Source: Candidatus Omnitrophota bacterium
Lineage (GTDB): Bacteria; Omnitrophota; Omnitrophia; JAHJGZ01; JAFGJY01
Assembly: GCA_016928875.1 (NCBI GenBank)
Contig: JAFGJY010000012.1
Span: 1 to 57,232, forward strand
DNA length: 57,232 nt
Reading direction: 5' to 3'
The notes below the pieces were generated by a model. It saw only the letters and a program-made list of their open reading frames with translations, did not search any database and was not told the origin of the DNA. Made by a program: the position numbers and the translations under genes. Positions 9,874-18,772 of the stretch are shown here, piece after piece (the stretch's first letter is position 1; every line of letters begins with the position of its first letter).

Positions 9874-10491
9874 TTACAATTTCCTTATTTTTATTCCGCG
9901 TGATTCATATTGTTTTATTTGACGATAGATCTCCTCTTGATGTCCTGACGAAGAGATCACCACCGCATCCGGCATGATCTCCTCGATCTTTGATGGAGCT
10001 TCGATAATATTGCCGAAAAATTCACGGCCTTGCTTGTTCACGTTCCCATCGACGACACCGATCACCTTCAAGCCAATGCAGTCCGCGGCATTCAGGGTTA
10101 TTTCTGCTGTTTCAGCCGCACCGTAAAGGACGATCGAACGAATACCTTCGGCCAGAAATTCATTTAATTTGGTCTGTATCTCTTCTTTTACATTTTTATA
10201 CAACCCTACTGTTTCACGAAAATACGATAGCAGAAGAGAAAACCGGTGTGCTTCACCCGCGTTCGTGATCGTATAGCGCATGTCACGATTATTGCCTTGT
10301 ACGGAAATATACCCTTTTTTAATGAAGGTTTTAATATAATTGTTGACCATAGCGGGAACGATGCCGGCACGCGATGCTAATGCGCTTTGGGTAACACGAT
10401 GATTAGCCGCGATCTCATCAAGCAAAACAAGTTCACGGAATAATGAGGTGGGATGCAAAAAACGCAGATTATGCGCGATAAGCTGAGTCAT
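9874..10491 (-). CDS. Winged-helix DNA-binding domain fused to a Rossmann-like domain; putative regulator
   Basis: VTQSALASRAGIVPAMVNNYIKTFIKKGYI (wHTH-like), then IVLYGAAETAEITL...LKVIGVVDGN. Ends 1 nt before the PseG-like gene. Confidence 0.5.
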   Translation of the reverse strand: MTQLIAHNLRFLHPTSLFRELVLLDEIAANHRVTQSALASRAGIVPAMVNNYIKTFIKKGYISVQGNNRDMRYTITNAGEAHRFSLLLSYFRETVGLYKNVKEEIQTKLNEFLAEGIRSIVLYGAAETAEITLNAADCIGLKVIGVVDGNVNKQGREFFGNIIEAPSKIEEIMPDAVVISSSGHQEEIYRQIKQYESRGIKIRKL

Positions 10492-10612
10492 GAATAATGA
10501 TGATTACAGGTTAAATGATAATTGTCGCCAATTACCGGTTGGGTATTATATACATACTATTAACTTACAGATTTAATTATATAGTCACTGAATAAATATT
10601 CAAGGTAAAAAA

Positions 10613-11701
10613 TTATACGCGAATAACTTTATACATCAACACGCTACCAATTGCCGACATCAAGACAAATGGCGTCCACAATGCAATGTGCGGCGCCACC
10701 AATCCTTGCAGAGAAACCGCTTGGGCCCATGAATAGAAAACATAATAAATAGTAAGTACCATTAACGCTAACCCAAAGCTTATCAACATGTTACCACGTC
10801 TTGTAATGATGGCTATCGGCAGTCCCAATATTGTAAATACCAAACACCCAAATGAAAACGAGATCTTTTTATGGATCTCTATCACATATTCCCTTCTCTT
10901 TGCCTCTGAGAGGCCGGATGATCTAAGCTTCTGAACTAATTCATCGATACTGTATTCCTTGGTCTTTTTTCCTATTAAATTAATATTTTCGAGATCGAGC
11001 AACGGTAACTCATATATGCTGAAATCAAGCTTATTGAAAACCTTAGTATCTTCTTCATCAGGTTCATCGATCGTTCCGTTATATAACCGGACTTTGATCT
11101 TTGATTCATGCTCGAGACGTACTACTTCACACCGCTCAGCCAGGATCGTACGTGTCGGCTTACCTTCCTGAGGCTGATACACCGTTACATTTTTTAGCTC
11201 ATTTTGTCCGACTTCACGCGCCAAGAACACATAACCATTATCGAGTTCAGCCGGAATGCCTGGCTTTATATATGCAAAGGGATCTTTAATAAATAAACTC
11301 TTGAGAGTTTTTCGAGATAAGAAACTATACCGTGGGACGATCTGATCTGAGAGGATAAGCACAAAGATCGAAAGCAGCAAGCCAATGACTATCACCGGCA
11401 TCATAACTTTAAAGGGATTAACACCGTGGGCCCGGATAGCAATGATCTCGTTATGTTCCGCAAAATCACCGAAGACAAGTAAGATCGAGGTGAGCACGCT
11501 TGTGGGTAACGTAAATATTAGCATTTGGGGAATGATCAACGCGAGGAATTTCATTAACTCAAAAAAATCAACGCCGCGATTAAGCAATAGGTCCGCGATC
11601 TTGACCACATTGCCCACAAGAAAGATGAACGTCAAGGTCACGACCGATATGAAAATAGGATAACACAATTCTCGTAATATATAGTTGCGTAGTATTTTCA
11701 T
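10613..11701 (-). CDS. LptF/LptG-family (YjgP/YjgQ) LPS export permease
   Basis: MKILRNYILRELCYPIFISVVTLTFIFL N-terminus, 362 aa, multiple TM segments. Confidence 0.8.
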   Translation of the reverse strand: MKILRNYILRELCYPIFISVVTLTFIFLVGNVVKIADLLLNRGVDFFELMKFLALIIPQMLIFTLPTSVLTSILLVFGDFAEHNEIIAIRAHGVNPFKVMMPVIVIGLLLSIFVLILSDQIVPRYSFLSRKTLKSLFIKDPFAYIKPGIPAELDNGYVFLAREVGQNELKNVTVYQPQEGKPTRTILAERCEVVRLEHESKIKVRLYNGTIDEPDEEDTKVFNKLDFSIYELPLLDLENINLIGKKTKEYSIDELVQKLRSSGLSEAKRREYVIEIHKKISFSFGCLVFTILGLPIAIITRRGNMLISFGLALMVLTIYYVFYSWAQAVSLQGLVAPHIALWTPFVLMSAIGSVLMYKVIRV

Positions 11702-11750
11702 GGAAATTCAATATGATGAGATATGTTGAGTTGTCGTAACAGAAGCGATC

Positions 11751-12008
11751 CTAACGGGCACCGTTCACCGGCCGCGCTATTTCCTGGATCTCTATCGGAT
11801 TATTGCGTACGGCACTATCTTCCAAGAACCCCTTCACCTTGATCATAGACTGGTCATTCATAGAAAAGAGGCCTTCTACCTTGCTGCGGACCGCAGCGTT
11901 ATCTTTATATAGCAAAAAGGTTTGGACGAAGATCGCTATCGCAAGAATCACGAACGCGATCTGCCATATGTGTTTCTGCCTACGAACACGCTTTAACGTA
12001 TTTGGCAT
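11751..12008 (-). CDS. Small membrane-anchored hypothetical protein
   Basis: ATG at 12008 is preceded by an AGGAGAG SD. One TM segment (IWQIAFVILAIAIFVQTFLLY). No family recognised. Confidence 0.5.
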   Translation of the reverse strand: MPNTLKRVRRQKHIWQIAFVILAIAIFVQTFLLYKDNAAVRSKVEGLFSMNDQSMIKVKGFLEDSAVRNNPIEIQEIARPVNGAR

Positions 12009-12096
12009 ATATATCACTCTCCTCTTACGGTACCTTACTATACCTTAAGTATATCATATATCGACTTATTTTGAGGTTAATTTTAGCTTAAAATTT

Positions 12097-13497
12097 TTAA
12101 ACTTTTTTTATATCCTTTTTCGCTTCGATCTTTGCGGAAACCTGTCCCCGCTTACGCGATGAAAGACTCACGTATTCCCTATGAACAGTTACGTTCTTAT
12201 ACGCAGGACGAATGATGCGCGGAGATACCATTAATTCCTCGATCCGGTGCGCCATCCAGCCGGCGATACGCGCAACCGCAAAAAGCGGCGTATAGACTTC
12301 GGTCGGAATACCCAAACAATCATATACAAATCCTGAGAAAAAGTCGACATTCGGAGAAATGACCTTCTTGCTTCCTTTGATCTCCCCAAAAACCTCAGGC
12401 ACGAGTTCTTCCATCGCAAGATACAACACCAGTTCTTTTTCCCGTTTTTTCTGTTTCGCCAATTTGATCGCAAATTCCTTAAGCAGGATCGCGCGCGGAT
12501 CGGACCTCGTATACACCGCATGGCCAAAACCGTATACTTTACCGCTCTTATCCGCCGCTTCACCCTTTATGATCTTAACCAGATGATCCTTAAGCTTTGC
12601 TTTATTGTTCCAGGGATGAACATTATTTTTCATATCTTCCATCATACTCATAACACTTTTATTCGCGCCGCCATGCAACGGTCCTTTCAACGAACCGATC
12701 GCTGCCGAAATAGCGGAATAGGTATCAGTACCACTTGAAGAAACAACGCGGGTCGTGAACGTTGAATTATTCCCGCCGCCGTGATCGGCATGGAGGATCA
12801 ACATAATATCCAGCACTTGCGCTTCTAATTTTGTGAATTTCCCGTCTGGACGTAACATATGCAAAAAATTCTCCGCTGTCGAGAGCTCATCAAGCGGTTG
12901 ATGAATGAACAGGCTTTCTCCAATGAACTTGTGCTGGCGCGCATGATACGCATAAGCTGTAATAACAGGGAATTTAGCTATTAAACTGATCGCTTGTCGT
13001 ACTAAATTCGGCAACGATGTATCATCAGGATTTTCATCCACACTGTAGAGCGCAAGGACGCTACGTGCCAGACTGTTCATGACATCCGGGGTTCTAAAGG
13101 TCAAGATAATATCTCGCACAAAATTCCCCGGTAAATGCCGCTCGTGTGCAAAGTATTTTCCGAACTCTTTTAATTCGCTTTTAGTTGGTAATTCCCCGAA
13201 TAAAAGCAAATAAGCGACCTCTTCAAACCCAAAACGGTCTTCAGTCGTTAAACCATTCACGATATCTTTAATGTTGACACCGCGATATTCGAGCTGACCT
13301 TCGACAGGATGAATGTCCTCATCTCGTTTCTCGAACCCTATGACCGTAGAAATTTCGGTCAGTCCGACCAATACTCCGCTGCCATCTTCATTACGCAATC
13401 CTCGTTTTACATTGTATGTTTGATAGAGTGACGGAGATATTCTGTTATTGGCTACGCACTTATCAGCTAATTTTTGTATGATCACTCTGTTACCCAT
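12097..13497 (-). CDS. Citrate synthase
   Basis: LILHADHGGGNNSTFTTRVV signature. Start set at the ATG at 13497 (MGNRVIIQKL, G-rich SD upstream). The longest ORF (to 13566) would overlap the PilZ gene. Confidence 0.9.
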   Translation of the reverse strand: MGNRVIIQKLADKCVANNRISPSLYQTYNVKRGLRNEDGSGVLVGLTEISTVIGFEKRDEDIHPVEGQLEYRGVNIKDIVNGLTTEDRFGFEEVAYLLLFGELPTKSELKEFGKYFAHERHLPGNFVRDIILTFRTPDVMNSLARSVLALYSVDENPDDTSLPNLVRQAISLIAKFPVITAYAYHARQHKFIGESLFIHQPLDELSTAENFLHMLRPDGKFTKLEAQVLDIMLILHADHGGGNNSTFTTRVVSSSGTDTYSAISAAIGSLKGPLHGGANKSVMSMMEDMKNNVHPWNNKAKLKDHLVKIIKGEAADKSGKVYGFGHAVYTRSDPRAILLKEFAIKLAKQKKREKELVLYLAMEELVPEVFGEIKGSKKVISPNVDFFSGFVYDCLGIPTEVYTPLFAVARIAGWMAHRIEELMVSPRIIRPAYKNVTVHREYVSLSSRKRGQVSAKIEAKKDIKKV

Positions 13498-13513
13498 TCT
13501 GCCCCCTGTATAT

Positions 13514-13888
13514 TTATGTTTGTTTGTGGATGAGCCCTTCGAATTCTTTTTCGATCCTATCCGCATCCTTAAAGTTAATGGCGATCAAGCGCTTTAAGTT
13601 GCCGAGCCCGGAAAGGTCTAAGCTCGCAAAATAAAGCCCATATCCTCTCTTATTATCATGCCAAATAACGACCGCACTTCCTGTGACAACAATATCATTT
13701 ATCTCAGCAAACCTGATCGAAAAAGAGACGATCTCATTTATGTCTAATCCTTGTACTTTTGATAATGAGACGTAACTCCCTTTAAGACATATATTTAAGA
13801 CTTCCCCGGTAACTTTCTGTCCATTTTCCCGAACCAATTCTATGTCCGTTGTATACGAAATTCGGGTATATTTTCTTTTTTCTTGCAT
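13514..13888 (-). CDS. Stand-alone PilZ-domain protein (putative c-di-GMP receptor)
   Basis: RKYTR (RxxxR) and NICLKG (D/NxSxxG-like) motifs; 124 aa. Confidence 0.65.
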   Translation of the reverse strand: MQEKRKYTRISYTTDIELVRENGQKVTGEVLNICLKGSYVSLSKVQGLDINEIVSFSIRFAEINDIVVTGSAVVIWHDNKRGYGLYFASLDLSGLGNLKRLIAINFKDADRIEKEFEGLIHKQT

Positions 13889-13968
13889 AGCTCAAATTCC
13901 TAATAAAATCAGTAGGTTATAACCAAAACCGCGAAGAATTATATCACTCCGCACCTACAATATAAAAG

Positions 13969-13998
13969 TAAAAAAATAGAGGTGTAAAACACCTCTAT
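13969..13998 (-). terminator. Rho-independent terminator after the 14032-14331 ORF
   Basis: Minus strand reads ATAGAGGTG-TTTTA-CACCTCTAT followed by a T-run. Confidence 0.7.
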
Positions 13999-14031
13999 TT
14001 TTCTGATCCGTGTAATGCGGGACCGCCACGC

Positions 14032-14331
14032 TTACTTGGCCGCTACGTTTTTTCCGTTCTTTTTCTCAAGCTCACTGATGATCTCATTGAACTTGAGGTT
14101 GATGACATGCGATTCAGCAAAATTCTCAGCTTCGTTTATAAGATGCTCGATCTCGACTTTGCTTAATCCAACTTTTAATGCCAGTAACGCGATCATACGC
14201 TTTGTCGCATTATGGCGTTTAACGATATCGCTCACGAGTGTACGAATGTGTTCGTATATCTCTTCATCGACCAAGTGCTTCATATCTTTCAAAAAACGAA
14301 ATACAAGCGCTTCTTCATTAACACGATCCAT
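14032..14331 (-). CDS. Hypothetical 99-aa protein, helical, no family recognised
   Basis: Clean ORF with its own terminator. Sequence MDRVNEEALVFRFLKDMKHLVDEEIYEHI... Confidence 0.5.
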   Translation of the reverse strand: MDRVNEEALVFRFLKDMKHLVDEEIYEHIRTLVSDIVKRHNATKRMIALLALKVGLSKVEIEHLINEAENFAESHVINLKFNEIISELEKKNGKNVAAK

Positions 14332-14356
14332 TCAAGTCTCCTTTCTTGTAAATACG

Positions 14357-14920
14357 TTATCTATTTTTTGCAATCTCATCGAGCGTTACATATTGATCTT
14401 GTCCGAGATGAATGACCGGGCGGCCAACTTCAAGCATCCATTTACCTTCTTTATCAAAAAGCCCTTCCCTTACAAAGACCGAAACAACATTGCCGCAATA
14501 GATCGTATGATCGCCTACCGCAATGGATTGATTCAGGCGGCATTCAATATGGGCAAAACATTCATTGATAAGCGGCGTCTCTATAACGATCGCCGGCATC
14601 ATGGTCAGCCCGGTTTCCAAGAACTTGTCACGCTCATTACCGCTGACCGAACCGCATAGAATGATCTCTTTCATAAGTTCGATACCCGGGATATTGATCG
14701 CAAACTGCCGGGAATTCTCAATAAGAGACTGTGTATATGTCCCCTTGCTAAGCATGATCGCGACACACGTCGGTGAAAAACTGACCGGCGAGACCCAACT
14801 GATGGTCACTATATTCTTCTTTTCTTCAAACTCAGATGTCACCAAGGTGATGGGGCTTGGATTAAGCAAGGTAGTAGCATAGTTCTTATCGACGGTTATC
14901 CTTTTAAGCGTCATTTTCAA
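14357..14920 (-). CDS. Flavin reductase-like (FMN-binding split-barrel) protein
   Basis: LNPSPITLVTS...NIVTISWVSPVSFSPTCVAIMLSK pattern. GGTGAGGAGGG SD upstream. Confidence 0.7.
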   Translation of the reverse strand: MKMTLKRITVDKNYATTLLNPSPITLVTSEFEEKKNIVTISWVSPVSFSPTCVAIMLSKGTYTQSLIENSRQFAINIPGIELMKEIILCGSVSGNERDKFLETGLTMMPAIVIETPLINECFAHIECRLNQSIAVGDHTIYCGNVVSVFVREGLFDKEGKWMLEVGRPVIHLGQDQYVTLDEIAKNR

Positions 14921-14987
14921 CCCTCCTCACCAGAAAGTTATTTTACACAGATATGTTTCGACAGCAATATATTTTATCCGATATTGA

Positions 14988-16973
14988 TCAACTTTCTTTA
15001 AAAAAATGCGAATACTTTGCCTTGATCGCATGAACATCATCCCGCAGTTGCGCTGCTTTCTCAAAATCAAGTACACTCGCTGCTTGCAACATCCTTTTCT
15101 CAAGGAACGCAACATACGACCTGACCTCCTCCTCGTCTTCACTTTCACTCATTAACTTTGCTGTAAGTTCTTTAGCAGCCTTGACTTGCTCAATACCTTC
15201 AAAAATGGCTTTTTGGATAGAGCGGGGTACTATACCGTTCTCTTTATTGAACTTTTCCTGGATGGCACGCCGGCGCTTTGTCTCAGCCATGGTCTTGGCG
15301 ATCGATTCAGTTACGGTATCCGCATACAAAATAACGCGGCCATTAACGTTCCGGGCAGCACGTCCTGCAGTTTGTATCAGAGAAACCTCGCTGCGCAGAA
15401 AACCTTCCTTATCGGCTTCCAGGATCGCGACCAAGGACACCTCCGGCAGATCGAGCCCTTCGCGCAAAAGATTGATACCCACAAGACAATCGAATTCCCG
15501 CAAGCGAAGGCTTTTGAGGATCTCGACCCGCTCGATCGCATCAAGGTCGGAATGTAAATATTTAATGCGAATACCCAACCCACTTAGATACTGCGCCAGA
15601 TCTTCGGCCATGCGTTTGGTCAGTGTTGTTACGAGCACGCGTTCGTGCCGCGTGACGACATTACGGATCTCGCCGATCAAGTCGTCGATCTGCGAATGCG
15701 CAGGCCGGATCTCGATCTCAGGATCCAGCAAACCGGTTGGACGAATCAGTTGTTCAACAATATATTTTGTTTTCTTACGTTCATACGGTCCGGGTGTCGC
15801 AGAAACATACAGGACTTTCTTCATTAAAGTCTCAAATTCGTCAAAACGTAGCGGCCGGTTATCCAACGCAGACGGTAAACGAAAACCATGTTCGACCAAC
15901 ATCTCTTTGCGTGCCCGGTCACCGTTATACATTCCCCGTATTTGCGGTAGTGTTACGTGTGACTCGTCGATCAAGAGCAAAAAATCATCCGGGAAATAAT
16001 CAATGAGCGTATACGGCCGCGAACCGGGTGCCCGGCCTGCCAAATGCCGCGAATAATTTTCTATCCCTGAACAATATCCGACCTCTTGCAACATCTCGAG
16101 ATCATAATTGGTCCGTGACTCAAGCCGCTCGGCTTCAATATCTTTTCCGATCTTTCGTAAGTATGCAAGCTGTTCAACAAGTTCCGCTTTGATCGTTTCA
16201 ATGGCATGACCTATACGTTCTTCTCCGACAACAAAATGTTTAGCAGGATAAATGATCGTCTTCTTCAATTCCTGGGAACATTCGAACGATGTGTGGTCTA
16301 GCATAAAAATATGCTCGAGCGTATTCTCGAAGAACTCAAGCCGAATGGGATCATCCGTGTAGGACGGGAACAATTCGATCGTATCGCCGCGCACGCGAAA
16401 TGTCCCGCGCGTAAGCGCCTGTTCGCTGCGTTCGTATTGTATGCTCACCAAGTGTCTCAGGAGCTCGTCTCGTTCGCATTGCTCACCTTGGGTCATCGCG
16501 ATGAACATGCCGGCCCATTCTTCCGGTGCCCCCAGGCCGTAGATCGCCGAAACACTCGCAACAACGATCACATCATCGCGCGAAAGTAATGACCCGGTCG
16601 CCTTGATCCGTAATTTATCGAGGTTCTCGTTGATCGATGCATCTTTTTCGATATAGGTATTCGTATGCGGGATATACGCCTCAGGCTGGTAATAATCATA
16701 ATACGACACGAAATATTCTACCGCGTTACGCGGGAAAAAATTCTTAAGCTCGCTATAGAGTTGCGCAGCAAGTGTTTTATTGTGCGAGATCACGATCGTC
16801 GGCCGGCCGAGTTGCTCGATCACATTGGCCATGGTAAAGGTCTTGCCCGAGCCGGTCACGCCAAGCAAGATCTGTTCTGGTACATTTTTGTTGAAATTGC
16901 GGACGAGGTGTTCGATCGCCTGCGGTTGGTCACCTTGCGGTTTAAAATGTGATACGAGGGTAAATGATGCCAT
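14988..16973 (-). CDS. uvrB: Excinuclease ABC subunit B
   Basis: GVTGSGKTFTMANVIEQ Walker A, helicase motifs and a C-terminal UVR domain; 661 aa. Confidence 0.97.
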   Translation of the reverse strand: MASFTLVSHFKPQGDQPQAIEHLVRNFNKNVPEQILLGVTGSGKTFTMANVIEQLGRPTIVISHNKTLAAQLYSELKNFFPRNAVEYFVSYYDYYQPEAYIPHTNTYIEKDASINENLDKLRIKATGSLLSRDDVIVVASVSAIYGLGAPEEWAGMFIAMTQGEQCERDELLRHLVSIQYERSEQALTRGTFRVRGDTIELFPSYTDDPIRLEFFENTLEHIFMLDHTSFECSQELKKTIIYPAKHFVVGEERIGHAIETIKAELVEQLAYLRKIGKDIEAERLESRTNYDLEMLQEVGYCSGIENYSRHLAGRAPGSRPYTLIDYFPDDFLLLIDESHVTLPQIRGMYNGDRARKEMLVEHGFRLPSALDNRPLRFDEFETLMKKVLYVSATPGPYERKKTKYIVEQLIRPTGLLDPEIEIRPAHSQIDDLIGEIRNVVTRHERVLVTTLTKRMAEDLAQYLSGLGIRIKYLHSDLDAIERVEILKSLRLREFDCLVGINLLREGLDLPEVSLVAILEADKEGFLRSEVSLIQTAGRAARNVNGRVILYADTVTESIAKTMAETKRRRAIQEKFNKENGIVPRSIQKAIFEGIEQVKAAKELTAKLMSESEDEEEVRSYVAFLEKRMLQAASVLDFEKAAQLRDDVHAIKAKYSHFFKES

Positions 16974-16976
16974 TAA

Positions 16977-17864
16977 TTATATTATTTCCAATGAGAAATT
17001 AATGCCCGTCGCCGAATGGGTCAGAGCACCGATCGATATCCGGTCGATCCCCGTCCTGGCAACGCTTGTTACATTGTTAAGTGTGACCCCGCCTGATGCT
17101 TCGAGTATTGGTCTCTTGATCCGCTCCTTCTTGACAGCAGCACGCACGATCGTAACTGCCTTTTTTAACATCGCGGGTTCCATATTATCGAGCAAAATGA
17201 TATCCGGCGATGCTTTCAATACGTGCCTGAGTTGCGCTAATGTGTCAACTTCTACTTCAACCAACACCTCTTTTTTGGCCTTATTTTTTGCTCTTTTAAC
17301 CATAACAGCCAGCGAGGTCTCTTTTTCATATTTACGTGCGATAGCGATATGGTTGTCCTTGATCAACACTTGATCAAAAAGGCCGAAACGATGATTGCAA
17401 CCTCCGCCGGCACGTACGGCACAACGTTCGAAGAGCCGTAGATTAGGCGTGGTCTTTCGTGTATCAAAAACATCGACACCATATCTTTTTGTTTTCTTGG
17501 CATAGTCCGCCGTAAGCGTAGCGATCCCCGAGAGGCGCCCTAAATAATTCAGCGCTACGCGTTCTATCTTTAGTATCGAACGTGCCGGGCCTTTAAAAGA
17601 AATGATCGTATCGCCAGAGCGTAATTTACTTCCATCCTGCTTCTTTATCACAACCTTGATCTTTTTATCAACAAGCCGTGCGAGCCGCACAACCACCGTG
17701 GTACCACATAACACGCCTGACTGTTTCGCAATGATGCGCGCACGAACTATCGCGTTTTTCTTTAAAACCGTATTCGTGGTCACATCGCCGCCTTCAACGT
17801 CTTCTTTGATCGCGTGGCGTAGCAACATTTTAACGGTCCTTACAACTTTGTTGTTCATGATCAT
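16977..17864 (-). CDS. nadC: Nicotinate-nucleotide pyrophosphorylase (carboxylating)
   Basis: TRKTTPNLRLFERCAVRAGGGCNHR and IKDNHI motifs. Confidence 0.92.
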   Translation of the reverse strand: MIMNNKVVRTVKMLLRHAIKEDVEGGDVTTNTVLKKNAIVRARIIAKQSGVLCGTTVVVRLARLVDKKIKVVIKKQDGSKLRSGDTIISFKGPARSILKIERVALNYLGRLSGIATLTADYAKKTKRYGVDVFDTRKTTPNLRLFERCAVRAGGGCNHRFGLFDQVLIKDNHIAIARKYEKETSLAVMVKRAKNKAKKEVLVEVEVDTLAQLRHVLKASPDIILLDNMEPAMLKKAVTIVRAAVKKERIKRPILEASGGVTLNNVTSVARTGIDRISIGALTHSATGINFSLEII

Positions 17865-18580
17865 GCTCCTATAACTTTCTTCACATCCTTTTTCGTCAAT
17901 ATCCTGAATTCTCCGATGGGAATGTCGATCATTTTATATCCGCCGACTTGTGTGCGGTGCAATCGCAGCACTTGATATCCGAAGAACTCGAAGATCTTAC
18001 GGATCTCGCGTTTTTTACCCTCGCCGATAGTAAGCGTGATCCGGCACTTTTTCTCTTTCGCATCATACGTATATCCTTCCACGCCGCACGGGGAGACATC
18101 GAACTCCGGATGCGTGAATCCCTTCTTAAGCTGCTCTAAATGCTCTGAACGTACTTCTCCGCGCACGGTCACTTTGTAACGCTTCCGTATCTCGTAGCGC
18201 GGATGCGTGACCCTGTTCGTAAAATCTCCGTCATTGGTGAGCAACAAAAGCCCGCTTGTGTCTTTATCAAGCCGGCCCACGGTATGTAATGTTTGGTATT
18301 TTTTGGGCAAAAGATCGAAGACCGTTTTACGCTCATGAGTATCGCTGCGGGTCGTAATGAATCCGCGTGGCTTGTTAAGCGCAATATATACGTGCTCTGA
18401 GAGAAAAACCTCCACATCGTCGACAGCCAAAGATTCCTCGTTAATATCGATCTTGTACGCAAAATCCTTTACCACAACGCCATTGACCGTGACCCGGCCG
18501 GCGGTCATAAGTTCTTCCGCTTTTCTTCTTGATGCGATGCCCGCATTCGCAATGATCTTTGCTATCCGTTCTTCCGGCAT
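17861..18580 (-). CDS. rRNA pseudouridine synthase, RsuA/RluB family, with S4 domain
   Basis: IASRRKAEELMTAGRVTVNG (S4) and VGRLDKDTSGLLLLTNDG. Confidence 0.9.
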   Translation of the reverse strand: MPEERIAKIIANAGIASRRKAEELMTAGRVTVNGVVVKDFAYKIDINEESLAVDDVEVFLSEHVYIALNKPRGFITTRSDTHERKTVFDLLPKKYQTLHTVGRLDKDTSGLLLLTNDGDFTNRVTHPRYEIRKRYKVTVRGEVRSEHLEQLKKGFTHPEFDVSPCGVEGYTYDAKEKKCRITLTIGEGKKREIRKIFEFFGYQVLRLHRTQVGGYKMIDIPIGEFRILTKKDVKKVIGA

Positions 18581-18604
18581 GATTCTATAACATCCTTAAG
18601 GTGT

Positions 18605-18764
18605 TTGGGGACACATATCATTATGTGTCCCCAATTTCCTTTACGTTGTCATCCTCGCGTCGCACCCCGCCACAGGCGAGGTTCCGCCTAAAGGCGGGAC
18701 CGTGGGAAAGCGAGGACCTACGTTCGTAGATACCGGATAAGCCTTCGGCTTTCCGGGACGACAC
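18605..18764. repeat. Composite palindromic element: 13-bp-stem hairpin TTGGGGACACATA/TATGTGTCCCCAA plus a GC-rich multi-hairpin module with degenerate TGTCxTCC...GGGACGACA ends
   Basis: Read directly. Same organisation and orientation as 35831-35940. Shared core is ACCTACGTTCGTAGATACCGG here versus ATCTACGTTCATAGATCCCGG there. Confidence 0.8.
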
Positions 18765-18772
18765 AAAGCTAT

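Noticed and set aside
13498-13566. N-terminal 23-aa extension of citrate synthase in the longest ORF
   Set aside because: It would overlap the PilZ gene by 53 nt. An ATG with a G-rich SD at 13497 gives a normal N-terminus. I also found no evidence that the PilZ/citrate synthase adjacency is functional.
14015-14659. 214-aa plus-strand ORF
   Set aside because: It spans two well-supported minus-strand genes and their spacer, and its sequence is low-complexity.
15181-15999. 272-aa plus-strand ORF, the largest antisense ORF in the window
   Set aside because: It lies entirely antisense to uvrB, which is unambiguous. Its S/R-rich composition is typical of shadow frames.
18581-18772. Possible CRISPR array or tRNA in the GC-rich spacers (also 35822-35942 and 24519-24705)
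   Set aside because: There are no regularly spaced direct repeats or spacers, no cloverleaf, and no T-loop GTTCGAATC-type motif. The sequences are palindromic repeat elements.
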